Below are positions 39,410 through 49,092 of a stretch of DNA of 64,000 bases, piece after piece. A model generated the notes under the pieces. It had not been told where the DNA came from. It saw only the letters and a program-made list of their open reading frames with translations, and searched no databases. The first letter of the stretch is position 1. The number at the start of each line of letters is the position of its first letter. Source of the DNA: Thermoproteota archaeon (GTDB lineage: Archaea > Korarchaeota > JAOZGF01 > JAOZFZ01). Both the position numbers and the translations under genes were made by a program. Location of the stretch: positions 576,001 to 640,000 of the forward strand of contig JAOZFT010000004.1 of the NCBI GenBank assembly GCA_027492035.1, in the 5' to 3' direction.

Positions 39410-40154
39410 TTTCTAAAATTATCATTCTTAAACATTTGAGAAGTAAAGTTGGATTTTCAGCTTGGAAAATGTTTCTTCCAAAAGTTATTCCTGCAGCTCC
39501 AGCATCCATGGCTCCTTTAACCATTTTGAAAACATCCTCAACTGTTTCTTGTTTAGGTCCACCTGCAATCACCACAGGAACTAAACTTGATTCAACAACC
39601 TTTTTGAAACTTGCAACAGTTCCTGTATACGTTGTTTTAACTATGTCTGCACCAAGTTCCCCAGCTATCCTTGTTATGTGTGAAACAGTTGAAGGACTGA
39701 ACTTATCTTTTATCTTTTCTCCTCTTGCATACATCATAGCTATCAATGGTAAACCGAACCTGTCACATTCATCAGCAACCCTTCCTAATTTAACAAGCAT
39801 TTCATGTTCATTTTTTGCACCTATGTTTACATGTACAGAAACCGCGTCAGCTCCTAACCTTATAGCTTCCTCTATAGATGAAACTTGAACCTTAAAATTC
39901 GGTTTTAAACTTAAATCCGTGCTTGCTGACAAATGCATTATCAACCCTAGATTTGGCGGTTTTTCTAAGTTTCTTAGAACTCCTTTATGAACAATTATTG
40001 ACGTTGCTCCTCCTTTCTCAATTTTTTCTATGGTTCCATATATCTCCTTCAACCCTTTAATTGGTCCCATACTTACTCCGTGATCCATGGGTACACAGAT
40101 CATTTTTCCGTTCTCAGTTATCCTGCCTAAACGAATTATTTTTCCTATACACAT
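39366..40154 (-). CDS. aroA': 2-amino-3,7-dideoxy-D-threo-hept-6-ulosonate (ADH) synthase
   Basis: Class I aldolase VPMDHG, HKG, GADIVKT, AGGP, GRNIFQ; adjacent to DHQ synthase II. Confidence 0.9.
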   Translation of the reverse strand: MCIGKIIRLGRITENGKMICVPMDHGVSMGPIKGLKEIYGTIEKIEKGGATSIIVHKGVLRNLEKPPNLGLIMHLSASTDLSLKPNFKVQVSSIEEAIRLGADAVSVHVNIGAKNEHEMLVKLGRVADECDRFGLPLIAMMYARGEKIKDKFSPSTVSHITRIAGELGADIVKTTYTGTVASFKKVVESSLVPVVIAGGPKQETVEDVFKMVKGAMDAGAAGITFGRNIFQAENPTLLLKCLRMIILENASVKEALEAFKNE

Positions 40155-40171
40155 TTCACTGACACTTCCAC

Positions 40172-41242
40172 CTATATGAAGCCTTTAACTTTCATTAACT
40201 CAGCTAAAAGTAGAACACATCCTGCAGCCCCCCTTATTGTATTATGTACAAGTAAAGAGAAGAGTAATGTTTTCTCGTTTTTTCCATACCTTAACCTGCC
40301 GATTGTAACTGACATTCCTGGAACAGAGCCAGCTAACTTGTCAAATCTAGGTTGAGGTCTGTCTTTTTCTTCTCTAATTATTAACGGTTTTTCCGGTGCC
40401 GTAGGTAATTTCAGTTTCTGCGGTTCACCTATGAAATTCCTTATTTCCTCCTTTACTTCATCTAAATCAACTTTTTCCGACAGTTCCAAGTAAACATTTT
40501 CTAAATGTCCATCTTTAACAGGTACTCGGTTACATGAAGCATGTATCTTTACATTGTAATCTTTGAAGGAGTTGTTTTCAAGTCTTCCAAGTATTTTCCT
40601 TGTTTCATTCCCTATCTTTTCCTCTTCTTTTTCTATGTAAGGAATTACATTATCTATTATATCTAGTGAAGAAACTCCTGGGTAACCTGCCCCTGAAACA
40701 GCCTGTAAAGTGTTAACTACAACTTTTTCTACTCTGTACAAGTTTGTTATCGGCTTCAAAGCCAGAGATAAACCAACTGTTGAACAGTTAGGGTCAGTAA
40801 CTATGAAGCCTTCTGTTCCCAGTTCTCTCTTTTGTGCATCAATCACTTCAAGATGTTCAGGGTTAACTTCGGGTATAACTAATGGAACCATTTCATGGAG
40901 CCTGTAGGCGCTTGCGTTGCTTAAAACAGGGAACCCTTCCTTTGCAAACTTAATTTCTACCTCCTTGGCTGCAGAGGATGGTAAGGACGAAAAAACAATG
41001 TCTACATCTAAATCTTTAGTGTTCACAGCCGAAATGTTCTTCTCTTTTATTTCTTCAGGCAATTCGGTTGGTAACAGCCAGTTAACAGCTTCTCCATACC
41101 TTTTGCCGGCTGAACTGTAGCCGAACAATGTTTCTAGTTCAAAATAGGAGTGCTTATTTAACATGTCAACAAATCTTTGGCCAACTGCACCTGTCGCCCC
41201 TAGCAAAGCTACCTTCATCTTTCCCATTTCATCTTTCACCAA
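40172..41242 (-). CDS. asd: Aspartate-semialdehyde dehydrogenase
   Basis: GATGAVGQ, PEVNP, PNCST, QAVSGAG, HNTIRGAAG. Confidence 0.96.
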   Translation of the reverse strand: MVKDEMGKMKVALLGATGAVGQRFVDMLNKHSYFELETLFGYSSAGKRYGEAVNWLLPTELPEEIKEKNISAVNTKDLDVDIVFSSLPSSAAKEVEIKFAKEGFPVLSNASAYRLHEMVPLVIPEVNPEHLEVIDAQKRELGTEGFIVTDPNCSTVGLSLALKPITNLYRVEKVVVNTLQAVSGAGYPGVSSLDIIDNVIPYIEKEEEKIGNETRKILGRLENNSFKDYNVKIHASCNRVPVKDGHLENVYLELSEKVDLDEVKEEIRNFIGEPQKLKLPTAPEKPLIIREEKDRPQPRFDKLAGSVPGMSVTIGRLRYGKNEKTLLFSLLVHNTIRGAAGCVLLLAELMKVKGFI

Positions 41243-42470
41243 ACTTTCTCCTTAATAAGTTTAAAGCCTCCCTCCTTCTACTCCAAGGTACGAAAAGCCT
41301 GATTGAGGAATGGATTGTAAGTAAACCAAAAACATTTATCTTAGCCTCAGCTAAAGGCGAAACTGCTCTAGCTATAACTCCAGGTGTCGTCTCAAGTTTT
41401 TTACCTTTTAAAGTAACTAGTGCTAAATTCTCTATTGTTGAAATAGCCTTGACAGCATTTTCCCTTCCTCTGTTGTCTATTACTTCATGTAATTTATTCA
41501 AGATTTCACTGGGGTTTCCATCAACATAGAAAATAACTGCCTTCTCCTCTGTTGAAATCGCAAGTATTTTCCCTTTGCTTAACTGAACCTTTTCAGTTAA
41601 AACTTTGAGGGTTTCAGGCTTACTTGCAGCTTTCCCTACCACCGTCACCATGCAAACCGGTTTATTATAGCTTGTTAAACTGAAACTTAAAGCATCTCCC
41701 TCAATTACAGTTCCTCCATTCGTTAAGGATCCGTTGCTGATTCCTACAATCCTTATCTTCATTCCCTTAAGTATATACTTCAAAGCCTTGTTAGCTATAA
41801 CCTTTGCTCCACTTAAAGTTAAATAAGAAGCTTCTTCCACATTTATTTTGTTAAGTAATTTAGCGTTTTTCACTTTAGCCGGATCTGCAGTATAAAAGCC
41901 TTCAACATCCTTGACTAAAACAACTTCTTTCAAACCTAAACAGCTTGCAAGAACAACAGCAGTTAAGTCACTGCCTCCTCTACCCATAGTAGTTATTTCT
42001 CCCTTTTCTGTTTTGCCTAAGAAGCCACAAATTACAATATTATATCCTTTCTCAAGTAAAGGCTTAAACTCGTTTCGAATTTTCAATTTACATTTCTTTA
42101 TTAACGGGTTTGCGTTACCGAAAACATTGTCTGTTATTATTGGCCAAAGTTTAGATGAAGGAGTAATTAATTCTATTTTTACATTCATTGTTTTCAAAGT
42201 GGAGTAAAGCAGTTTAGCAGCTAACTCTTCACCAGAAGACATAACTAAATCCATGTCTCTCTTAGAGACTTCTTTAAAAGATGCTTTTTCAGCTAATTCA
42301 ATGAGGCTGTCGGTCATGTTCTTTAAAGCTGAAACAACAATTACCAGTCTCTTCCCTCCATCAACCTCCCTTTTTACTAGTTCCGCAACTTTCCTTATTG
42401 ATTTCCAGTCGGTTAGCACAGAACCTCCGAACTTAACCACTGATAAGTTCTTCACAGAAACCTCCTCCAA
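41229..42470 (-). CDS. lysC: Aspartate kinase with ACT domains (likely GTG start near 42455)
   Basis: VVKFGGS, VVSA...TD, SSGE, TMGRGGSD, KDVEG...ADP. Confidence 0.92.
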   Translation of the reverse strand: MEEVSVKNLSVVKFGGSVLTDWKSIRKVAELVKREVDGGKRLVIVVSALKNMTDSLIELAEKASFKEVSKRDMDLVMSSGEELAAKLLYSTLKTMNVKIELITPSSKLWPIITDNVFGNANPLIKKCKLKIRNEFKPLLEKGYNIVICGFLGKTEKGEITTMGRGGSDLTAVVLASCLGLKEVVLVKDVEGFYTADPAKVKNAKLLNKINVEEASYLTLSGAKVIANKALKYILKGMKIRIVGISNGSLTNGGTVIEGDALSFSLTSYNKPVCMVTVVGKAASKPETLKVLTEKVQLSKGKILAISTEEKAVIFYVDGNPSEILNKLHEVIDNRGRENAVKAISTIENLALVTLKGKKLETTPGVIARAVSPLAEAKINVFGLLTIHSSIRLFVPWSRRREALNLLRRKFGER

Positions 42471-42945
42471 AACTATTTATTGTTAAGGAAAAGACTGTGT
42501 TGTAAATGAGAAGTCTAAAAAAAGAAGCAGCATAATCTTGGCCATTTAAGTTGTTCAGAACAATTCCTTTAAGTAATAAACCCTTAAGTCTAGTTCTTCC
42601 TGTTTTTCTTACCAGTAATGAATTAACTCTTTCACAAACAATACGTATCCCCCTTCGAAAGCACTGACTTACTGGGGTTATAAACTTTACCGCCTCTCAT
42701 AAAAACCAAAACCCCTTTTTCCATGTCTCCTTCAAAAATAATGAGAAAGTAGTCGGAAAAATGTTTTTAATTCCTTTATAAATTTTACGTTTTTTGAAGC
42801 AATAAGCACCTTTATTATCATCTATGTACTTTTTAAAACAAAAATCCTTGGCTATACCAACTCTTATGCGAAAACGTTGCAAAGAGGATGTGATAATTAA
42901 ACAACCATTAATAACCCTTAAACCATATTTTTATCAAGCTAAGAA

Positions 42946-43810
42946 CTAAGCAACGCATTTGTTGAAACATGCCTTCTCATAATTTCTTAAATCCTTCTTA
43001 CATAATTTTTTATTTTTTCCATGTCTTACTCTCTCCTTCTCCATCCCAATATTATAAGCACAAATTAAATAATACATTATCCACCCGGAGAATTTACTCC
43101 ATCTTTCCGCAAATTTTCTAACAATATCACCTGATTGAAGTTTTCCACTGAAATAGAAGTGTGAAACTGCTTTTCTAGCTCTTGGATCATCTGGGACGCA
43201 GAGATTCATTCTGCCCAATGTCGTTACCAATACCGTTTCTGCAGTCCACCCTCCAACTCCTTTGAATTTCATCAATTCTTCAATTGCGTCTTCGCCATTC
43301 ATCTTTTTAAGCTTCTCCAAATCATATCCTTCAGTAATTTTTAACGCCAATTCTTTGATATATCTTGATTTTTGAAGAGATAATTTACATTTCCTCAATT
43401 CGTTTTCGTCAACCTTTGCCAATGTTTGGGGTGAGGAGAAATTATAATATGACTCGCCGTTAGTTTCGTCTTCTCCCCAAATATCTTAACTAAGGCTCCA
43501 GTTATTGCATAGGCTGCCCGTAAAGAAATCTGCTGCTGAATTATTACCCTAATTGCTCCCTCGAACATGCTTGCTCCAATTCCAGGTGATCTAAGGCCAT
43601 AAAGTTTATCCTTTACCTCACAAAAGCGTTTCATCTTGGCTCATGAACCTATACTGCTCCTCAAGGTCATCCCTTAATCTGAAAATATCTGTAACCTTCC
43701 CTAATAAATGCTTTTCTCTTCCGCATCTAACTTAGAGAACACATTAATCCTTAATTTTGGTTTTTCCACTGTGCCAATGGAAACAACTATCTCAGTTATT
43801 TTCCCTTTCA
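42946..43810 (-). pseudogene. alkA: Frameshifted AlkA-type DNA-3-methyladenine glycosylase
   Basis: Three ORF fragments read collinearly: SIGTVEKPKL / LYGLR...FEGAIRVIIQQQIS / KSRYIKELA...FKGVGGWTAE...PDD...AERW (HhH-GPD). Confidence 0.85.
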
Positions 43811-44436
43811 ATAAATTAATTCTTTCAATTAAGCCTTGTCTCCAATTTACTTCCCGTTCAATACCTTCTTTGTTATTTCGTCCAACTTGTTCCTTATATC
43901 CTCCTTTAAGTACCAGGCTAGCCTTGGAAAGATACTCACCTTCCACTAAAACCTCTTCCATATCAAAAACTTTTTTTCATAATAACCCCCCTTTATGAAA
44001 AGATAATTGGTTTTAAAAAGAGAAACATGGAAAAGGCAAAGCTTTTTAAGAACCATTAAGTAAGCTCTGAAAACGTTTACTGTAAAAAATAAAACGCTTC
44101 CTTATAAATAAATGGATTGGTAAGGCATTATCCTCACTTTAAAAAGGCCTCTCCAAGAAATTGCTTTGTTACAATTCTCTATTTATTTAAAAAGTTTCAC
44201 GTTTTTACTTTAAACTACCCACTATAAAACTTTTTAAGAACTGGAATCATAACTAATCATAACATTGATGCATAAAAATAAAAAAAGGCTTCGAAGGTTC
44301 ATTGTTAAGTTTACCCTGGATCTTGAAGTAAAAAGGGTTACTTTCGCGGTTTTTGCTTATCTTTCCCATGGATTCAATAAACTGTTGAAGCCTGTTCCTT
44401 TTAAAATATAGTTGCTTTTTCAGAATAAAATTACCT

Positions 44437-45252
44437 TCACCATTTACTTTTATAGCTTCCAATTACTTTAATGAATAAAGTATTTTCACGCAAGTCCTTT
44501 AATGCTTCAGAAATTTTCCTGTCGCGTAAGTTCCCTTCTATATCAACATAGAAAGAATAATTCCACGGCTGATCCTTTATAGGTCTTGACTCTAAATGTA
44601 ACATGTTAATGTTTCTCTTGGCAAATGCCTCTAAGGCTTTGTAAAGAGCTCCAGGCTTATGTTCAGTTATAAAAATAAGTGATGTTTTATCGCTGCCATC
44701 TGAAATAAACAAATCTCTTCTTAAAATAAAGAATTGGGTGTAATTGTTTTCTGAGTCTTGGATGTTCTCCCTTAAAACTTTCATGCCGTAGAGTTCGGCA
44801 GCATATTTGCTGGCTATGGCTGCTGAATTTCTCTTGCCAGAACTTTTTACCTCCATAACACTCCCTGCAGTGTCGAAACTAGGTATTATTTTGAAATTCA
44901 TTTTTTCAAGGAAGTTTTTACATTGAGATAACGCTTCAGGATGAGAATAAACGTATTCTATTTCATTAAGAGAAGATTCCGGGAAACCAATTAATACATG
45001 TTCAATTTTCAATGTAACTTCCCCGATTACATAAGCTTCCTCTTCAAATAAAAGATCCATTACCTCCCTTATTCCTCCAGTTATGGAGTTACGTATGGGT
45101 AACACAGCAAAATCTATCTCCTCATTTTTTAAACCTTCAAATACATCTCGGAAAGTCTTGTATTGCTTGAACTCTATACTCTCCCTAAAAAATATTTTGG
45201 AGGCCTGTTCACTGTAGCAGCCCCTAACTCCTTGGTAACCAATCTTTTTCAT
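44437..45252 (-). CDS. pheA: Prephenate dehydratase
   Basis: YQGVRGCYSEQA, PIRNS, SHPEALSQC, NYTQF (canonical NxTRF), PGAL, LESRP. Confidence 0.93.
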   Translation of the reverse strand: MKKIGYQGVRGCYSEQASKIFFRESIEFKQYKTFRDVFEGLKNEEIDFAVLPIRNSITGGIREVMDLLFEEEAYVIGEVTLKIEHVLIGFPESSLNEIEYVYSHPEALSQCKNFLEKMNFKIIPSFDTAGSVMEVKSSGKRNSAAIASKYAAELYGMKVLRENIQDSENNYTQFFILRRDLFISDGSDKTSLIFITEHKPGALYKALEAFAKRNINMLHLESRPIKDQPWNYSFYVDIEGNLRDRKISEALKDLRENTLFIKVIGSYKSKW

Positions 45253-45316
45253 TTCTGCCTCCTCGTTCTATACTGTAAAGTTTGGAAGCATTAAGGTGAT
45301 GTTTAATTTTTTAAAA

Positions 45317-46252
45317 TCAAACAAAAGCAAGCCATTTCCTGTATTTTTCATCAGCTTCCCTTATCACCCTTAAAAATTCATTTCTCAATTTTTTAGTTAC
45401 TTCTCCCACTTTGCCGTTCCCTACTTTCCTGTGGTCGATTTCAACTATGGGTGTTATTTCAGCAGCTGTTCCCGTAAAGAAAACCTCATCGGCAGTGAAA
45501 AGTTCACTTCTTGTCAAATTCTTCTCCACAACATTAAAACCTAAATTCTCAGCTATTTCAATCACTGAATCCCTTGTTACACCATGTAAAATAGATGCTT
45601 CCAATGGTGGAGTATAAATAACTTCATTCGCCACTACGAATATGTTCTCTCCTGTACCTTCTGAAACCAGGCCCCTACTGTCAAGCATTATAGCTTCTGT
45701 AAACCCTCTTCTGTGAGCTTCCATTGAAGCCAAAATAGAATTAAGGTATTGACCTGATGCTTTTGCTTCCATTGGGAGCATAGCATTACTTATCCTTACC
45801 CACGAAGAAATCGTACACGTAGCCCCTTTTTCAAAAGCTTCCTCTCCAAGGTAAGCTCCCCAAGGCCAAACAGCAACAATTACTTCAGTAGGGTTAGATG
45901 ACGGGTCTAAACTCATTCCTCCTAAACCCTTAAAGGCTAAAGGCCTAATATAGCATTCCTCTAACTCATTCACTCTCACAGTTTCTTTAATAATTTCCAT
46001 AAACTCATCCAAGGAATAAGGAATCTCCATAAAATAAATTTTAGCTGAACTAAAAAATCTCTTAACATGCTCCCTTAACCTGAAAACAGCAGGGCCCTTA
46101 ACTGTTTTATAACATCTAATCCCCTCAAAAACACCCGATCCATAGTGTAAGCCATGGACAAGAACATGAACTTTTGCTTCATCCCAGTCAACAAATTTGC
46201 CGTTCATCCAGATTTTCTTTGTTTTTTCAGGCAAGAAACCACCTCCTGTCAA
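45317..46252 (-). CDS. ilvE: Branched-chain amino acid aminotransferase
   Basis: HGLHYGSGVFEG, YIRP, AKASGQY, EGTGENIF, GVTR, GTAAE. Confidence 0.96.
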   Translation of the reverse strand: MTGGGFLPEKTKKIWMNGKFVDWDEAKVHVLVHGLHYGSGVFEGIRCYKTVKGPAVFRLREHVKRFFSSAKIYFMEIPYSLDEFMEIIKETVRVNELEECYIRPLAFKGLGGMSLDPSSNPTEVIVAVWPWGAYLGEEAFEKGATCTISSWVRISNAMLPMEAKASGQYLNSILASMEAHRRGFTEAIMLDSRGLVSEGTGENIFVVANEVIYTPPLEASILHGVTRDSVIEIAENLGFNVVEKNLTRSELFTADEVFFTGTAAEITPIVEIDHRKVGNGKVGEVTKKLRNEFLRVIREADEKYRKWLAFV

Positions 46253-46601
46253 CCCTTATCACAAAGAAGTTAGCCTTTAAAGTGGAAGGAGCAGCTTTAT
46301 AAATTTTTCCATTAAATGTTGAAAAAAGTTTTAAAAAGAGCTTCTTTGTAAATATTTGTCCATTTATTCCTAAAAAGATTAAAACACATGGTTCCTAAAG
46401 GTTTTGCAAATTGCCATTTTTCAACCTGAAAAACCCAAAAAACAAAAGAAAACTTCTACACTTTAATTTATAAAAGAAATTTCTCCTCTTCTTTTTTGAA
46501 AATTTTTATATACCAAACAAAATAAATTCTTCCTTAAAACATTTGGAAAAATTTATGGTAAAATCTTCCTTACACAGAATTCATTCAAAAGGAGCCCTAA
46601 A

Positions 46602-47906
46602 ATGAAGAGGAAAATCTATGATGGTGTGTTTAAAACAAACGAAGGCAGAACAATTAAACTTCATTTAATTGAAGAAGGAAAAACCGGTATTTTAGTTATT
46701 AACGCAAATAAGATACTTTACACAAATGAAACAGGAAAGGAGCATCTGAAACTTATATTAAAGGGGAAGGAAGTAGATGAAGCAGTTAAGACACTTCACA
46801 GAAAATTTAAAGCAAACTCGGAACAACTGAGAAAAAACCATGAAAACATTCTCTTAATGCTTAACATTCTCTCGAAAACAAACAAAATAGCACCGACCTT
46901 ATTTTACGGAGTAAAAAGGATAGATCCCTTATCTAAAGACCTAAACCATCCCTTACGTATGGATCTAGCCCTAACGTACAGATGCAACAACGACTGTCTC
47001 CACTGTTATGCTGGTGGTTCTCGTCAAACAAAAGAATTAACCACTGGTGAATGGAAAAAGGTGATTAAAAAGGTTTATTCACTCGGTGTTCCACAGATAG
47101 TCTTTACGGGGGGTGAACCAACTCTAAGAAAAGATTTACCTGAACTTATAGAGTATGCTCAGAAGAAAGGAGCAGTTACAGGTTTGATAACTAACGGTAG
47201 AAGGTTTAAGGATGAAAATTACGTAGCAGGATTAGTAGAGAAGGGTTTGGATTACACCCAAATAACTATTGAATCAAATAAGCCTGAAGTTCATGACAAA
47301 ATTACGCAAGTGAAGGGAAGCTGGGAAGAAACAGTTAAAGGAATAGAAAACGCCTTGAAACAAAACTTCTATGTATCGACAAACACCACCCTATCCAAAT
47401 ACACAATTAACCACGTTGAGGAAATAGTGGATTTCCTCCACCAGTTGGGAATCAAAAATTTCGGATTTAATGCTTTAATTTATTCAGGTAGGGCAAAGGA
47501 GGCTGAATCGGTTTTTGCTTTAGAACCTCAAGAATTAAAAGAAGCATTGGAAAAAATTAAAATTAAAGCTGAGGAAAACAATATGCACTTTATCTGGTAC
47601 ACCCCCACAAAATATTGTGAGTTAAACCCTGTAGAAATGGGTCTAGACCCAAAATTTTGTTCAGCTGTCAAAATAAACATGTTGATTGAGCCTGACGGCA
47701 CAATTCTCCCATGCCAGTCCTGGTTTGAGCCCCTTGGAAACATTTTAAAAGATAAATGGAAGGAAGTGACTGAGAAGAAACTTTACCAGTATGTTAAGGA
47801 ATGGGGATGGATGCCTGAGGAATGCAATAACTGCCCATTCCGAAACATTTGCAGTTACGGGTGCCCTTTAAAAATAGGGGTATGTGAAACCTGTCTAAGA
47901 ATATGA
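46602..47906 (+). CDS. Radical SAM/SPASM protein with N-terminal PqqD/RRE-like domain
   Basis: CNNDCLHC, TGGEP, SPASM C-x(17)-C...CxxC-x5-CxxxC; N-terminal ca. 100 aa GILVINANKILYTNETG...VDEAVKTLHRKF resembles an RRE fold. Confidence 0.85.
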   Translation: MKRKIYDGVFKTNEGRTIKLHLIEEGKTGILVINANKILYTNETGKEHLKLILKGKEVDEAVKTLHRKFKANSEQLRKNHENILLMLNILSKTNKIAPTLFYGVKRIDPLSKDLNHPLRMDLALTYRCNNDCLHCYAGGSRQTKELTTGEWKKVIKKVYSLGVPQIVFTGGEPTLRKDLPELIEYAQKKGAVTGLITNGRRFKDENYVAGLVEKGLDYTQITIESNKPEVHDKITQVKGSWEETVKGIENALKQNFYVSTNTTLSKYTINHVEEIVDFLHQLGIKNFGFNALIYSGRAKEAESVFALEPQELKEALEKIKIKAEENNMHFIWYTPTKYCELNPVEMGLDPKFCSAVKINMLIEPDGTILPCQSWFEPLGNILKDKWKEVTEKKLYQYVKEWGWMPEECNNCPFRNICSYGCPLKIGVCETCLRI

Positions 47907-48467
47907 TTTAGTTTAAAATGAAGAAGTCCTTGAACCTGTATACTTCCTAGTTTAAAAAATAGAAGACGTTAAAGTTTATAATCTCCTTGAAATCAAACTT
48001 TTTAACTTAAAATATTCCTTACAGATTCTGTCCCCATTAAAAAACAATGCCTAAGTTTTTTGTTTCAACTCTCCGCGAAACCTTTCCTCCCATTTCTCTT
48101 CAAGACTCTGTAGGGGTAAGAATAACGTAATTGATCTATGCCTGTCACTCCACTCTGAAATAAACATGTCTCTCAACCGCTCCACTTCTCAACCTTGCCA
48201 GTATACCCTAAACTTCCCTTGCCGACTACATTTTAAAAGATGCACTGTTAGTTTCTCCTTCTTCCGTCCCAATTTTTCCCTCCCTCCCCTTAGATTTTAA
48301 ACGTTTCATTTCTCTCTTTTTATTTTGGAAGGCTTTCCCTCAGCCGTAAGGGCATTGTTTTGAGAAAAACATTTACATCCTTAAACATTAATCATTTTCA
48401 CTTTAACTTTTTAAGTAAAAGTATCCCGTTGATTTTCTAAAACCTTTTAAAGGGCCCCAACCTTGAA

Positions 48468-48968
48468 GTGAGAATAATGATTAAACATTCCTTGAAAATG
48501 GGTTTTAGTTTTGGTTTAACCTCTGGAGTAATAACTACCCTTGGTTTAGTGATTGGGTTAAGTTCAGGAACTCATTCAAGACTTGCGGTTATAGGGGGTG
48601 TGTTGACAATAGCTGTTGCTGATTCCTTCTCAGACGCTGTAGGAGTCCATGTTTCTGAAGAATCTGAAGGAAAACACACCCAAAAGGAAGTTTGGGAATC
48701 CACAATATCCACTTTCATATCGAAGTTTCTCTTCACAAACACATTCGTTATTCCAACCCTCTTACTTAGCCTTCAAGCAGCCATAATTGTAAGTCTTGTT
48801 TGGGGTTTGTCACTACTAAGTTTTTTCAGCTTCCTCATTGCTAAAGAGCAAAAAGTGAACCCCTGGAAAGTGGTTCTAGAGCATTTATTCATTACTTTAA
48901 TAGTTGTAACCTCAGCTAACTATATAGGCAGTTTCATTTCTTCATTCTGCAGCTTAACCGGTCCCTGA
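48468..48968 (+). CDS. VIT1/CCC1-like membrane protein
   Basis: FGLTSGVITTLG...IAVADSFSDAVGVHVSEESE; multi-TM. Confidence 0.75.
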   Translation: MRIMIKHSLKMGFSFGLTSGVITTLGLVIGLSSGTHSRLAVIGGVLTIAVADSFSDAVGVHVSEESEGKHTQKEVWESTISTFISKFLFTNTFVIPTLLLSLQAAIIVSLVWGLSLLSFFSFLIAKEQKVNPWKVVLEHLFITLIVVTSANYIGSFISSFCSLTGP

Positions 48969-49092
48969 AGAATTCTCTCTATTAAGCCTCTAGAAACCAT
49001 CTTTTTCAGGGTGTAAACAGGTTCCTTAAGCTTAAAACTAAACCTCCAACAAGAAGATAAGCCTCCTTCATTAACTCAATTCATTTTTAAAA

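Noticed and set aside
46277-46312. Leu-rich mini-ORF MEKFIKLLLPL upstream of ilvE as an attenuator
   Set aside because: The likely TATA box (TTTATAAA) lies inside the ORF, so it would not be on the transcript.
47930-48400. Candidate precursor peptide or gene remnant downstream of the radical SAM
   Set aside because: Only short stop-ridden frames; no Cys-rich or leader-like peptide, and no family could be recognised.
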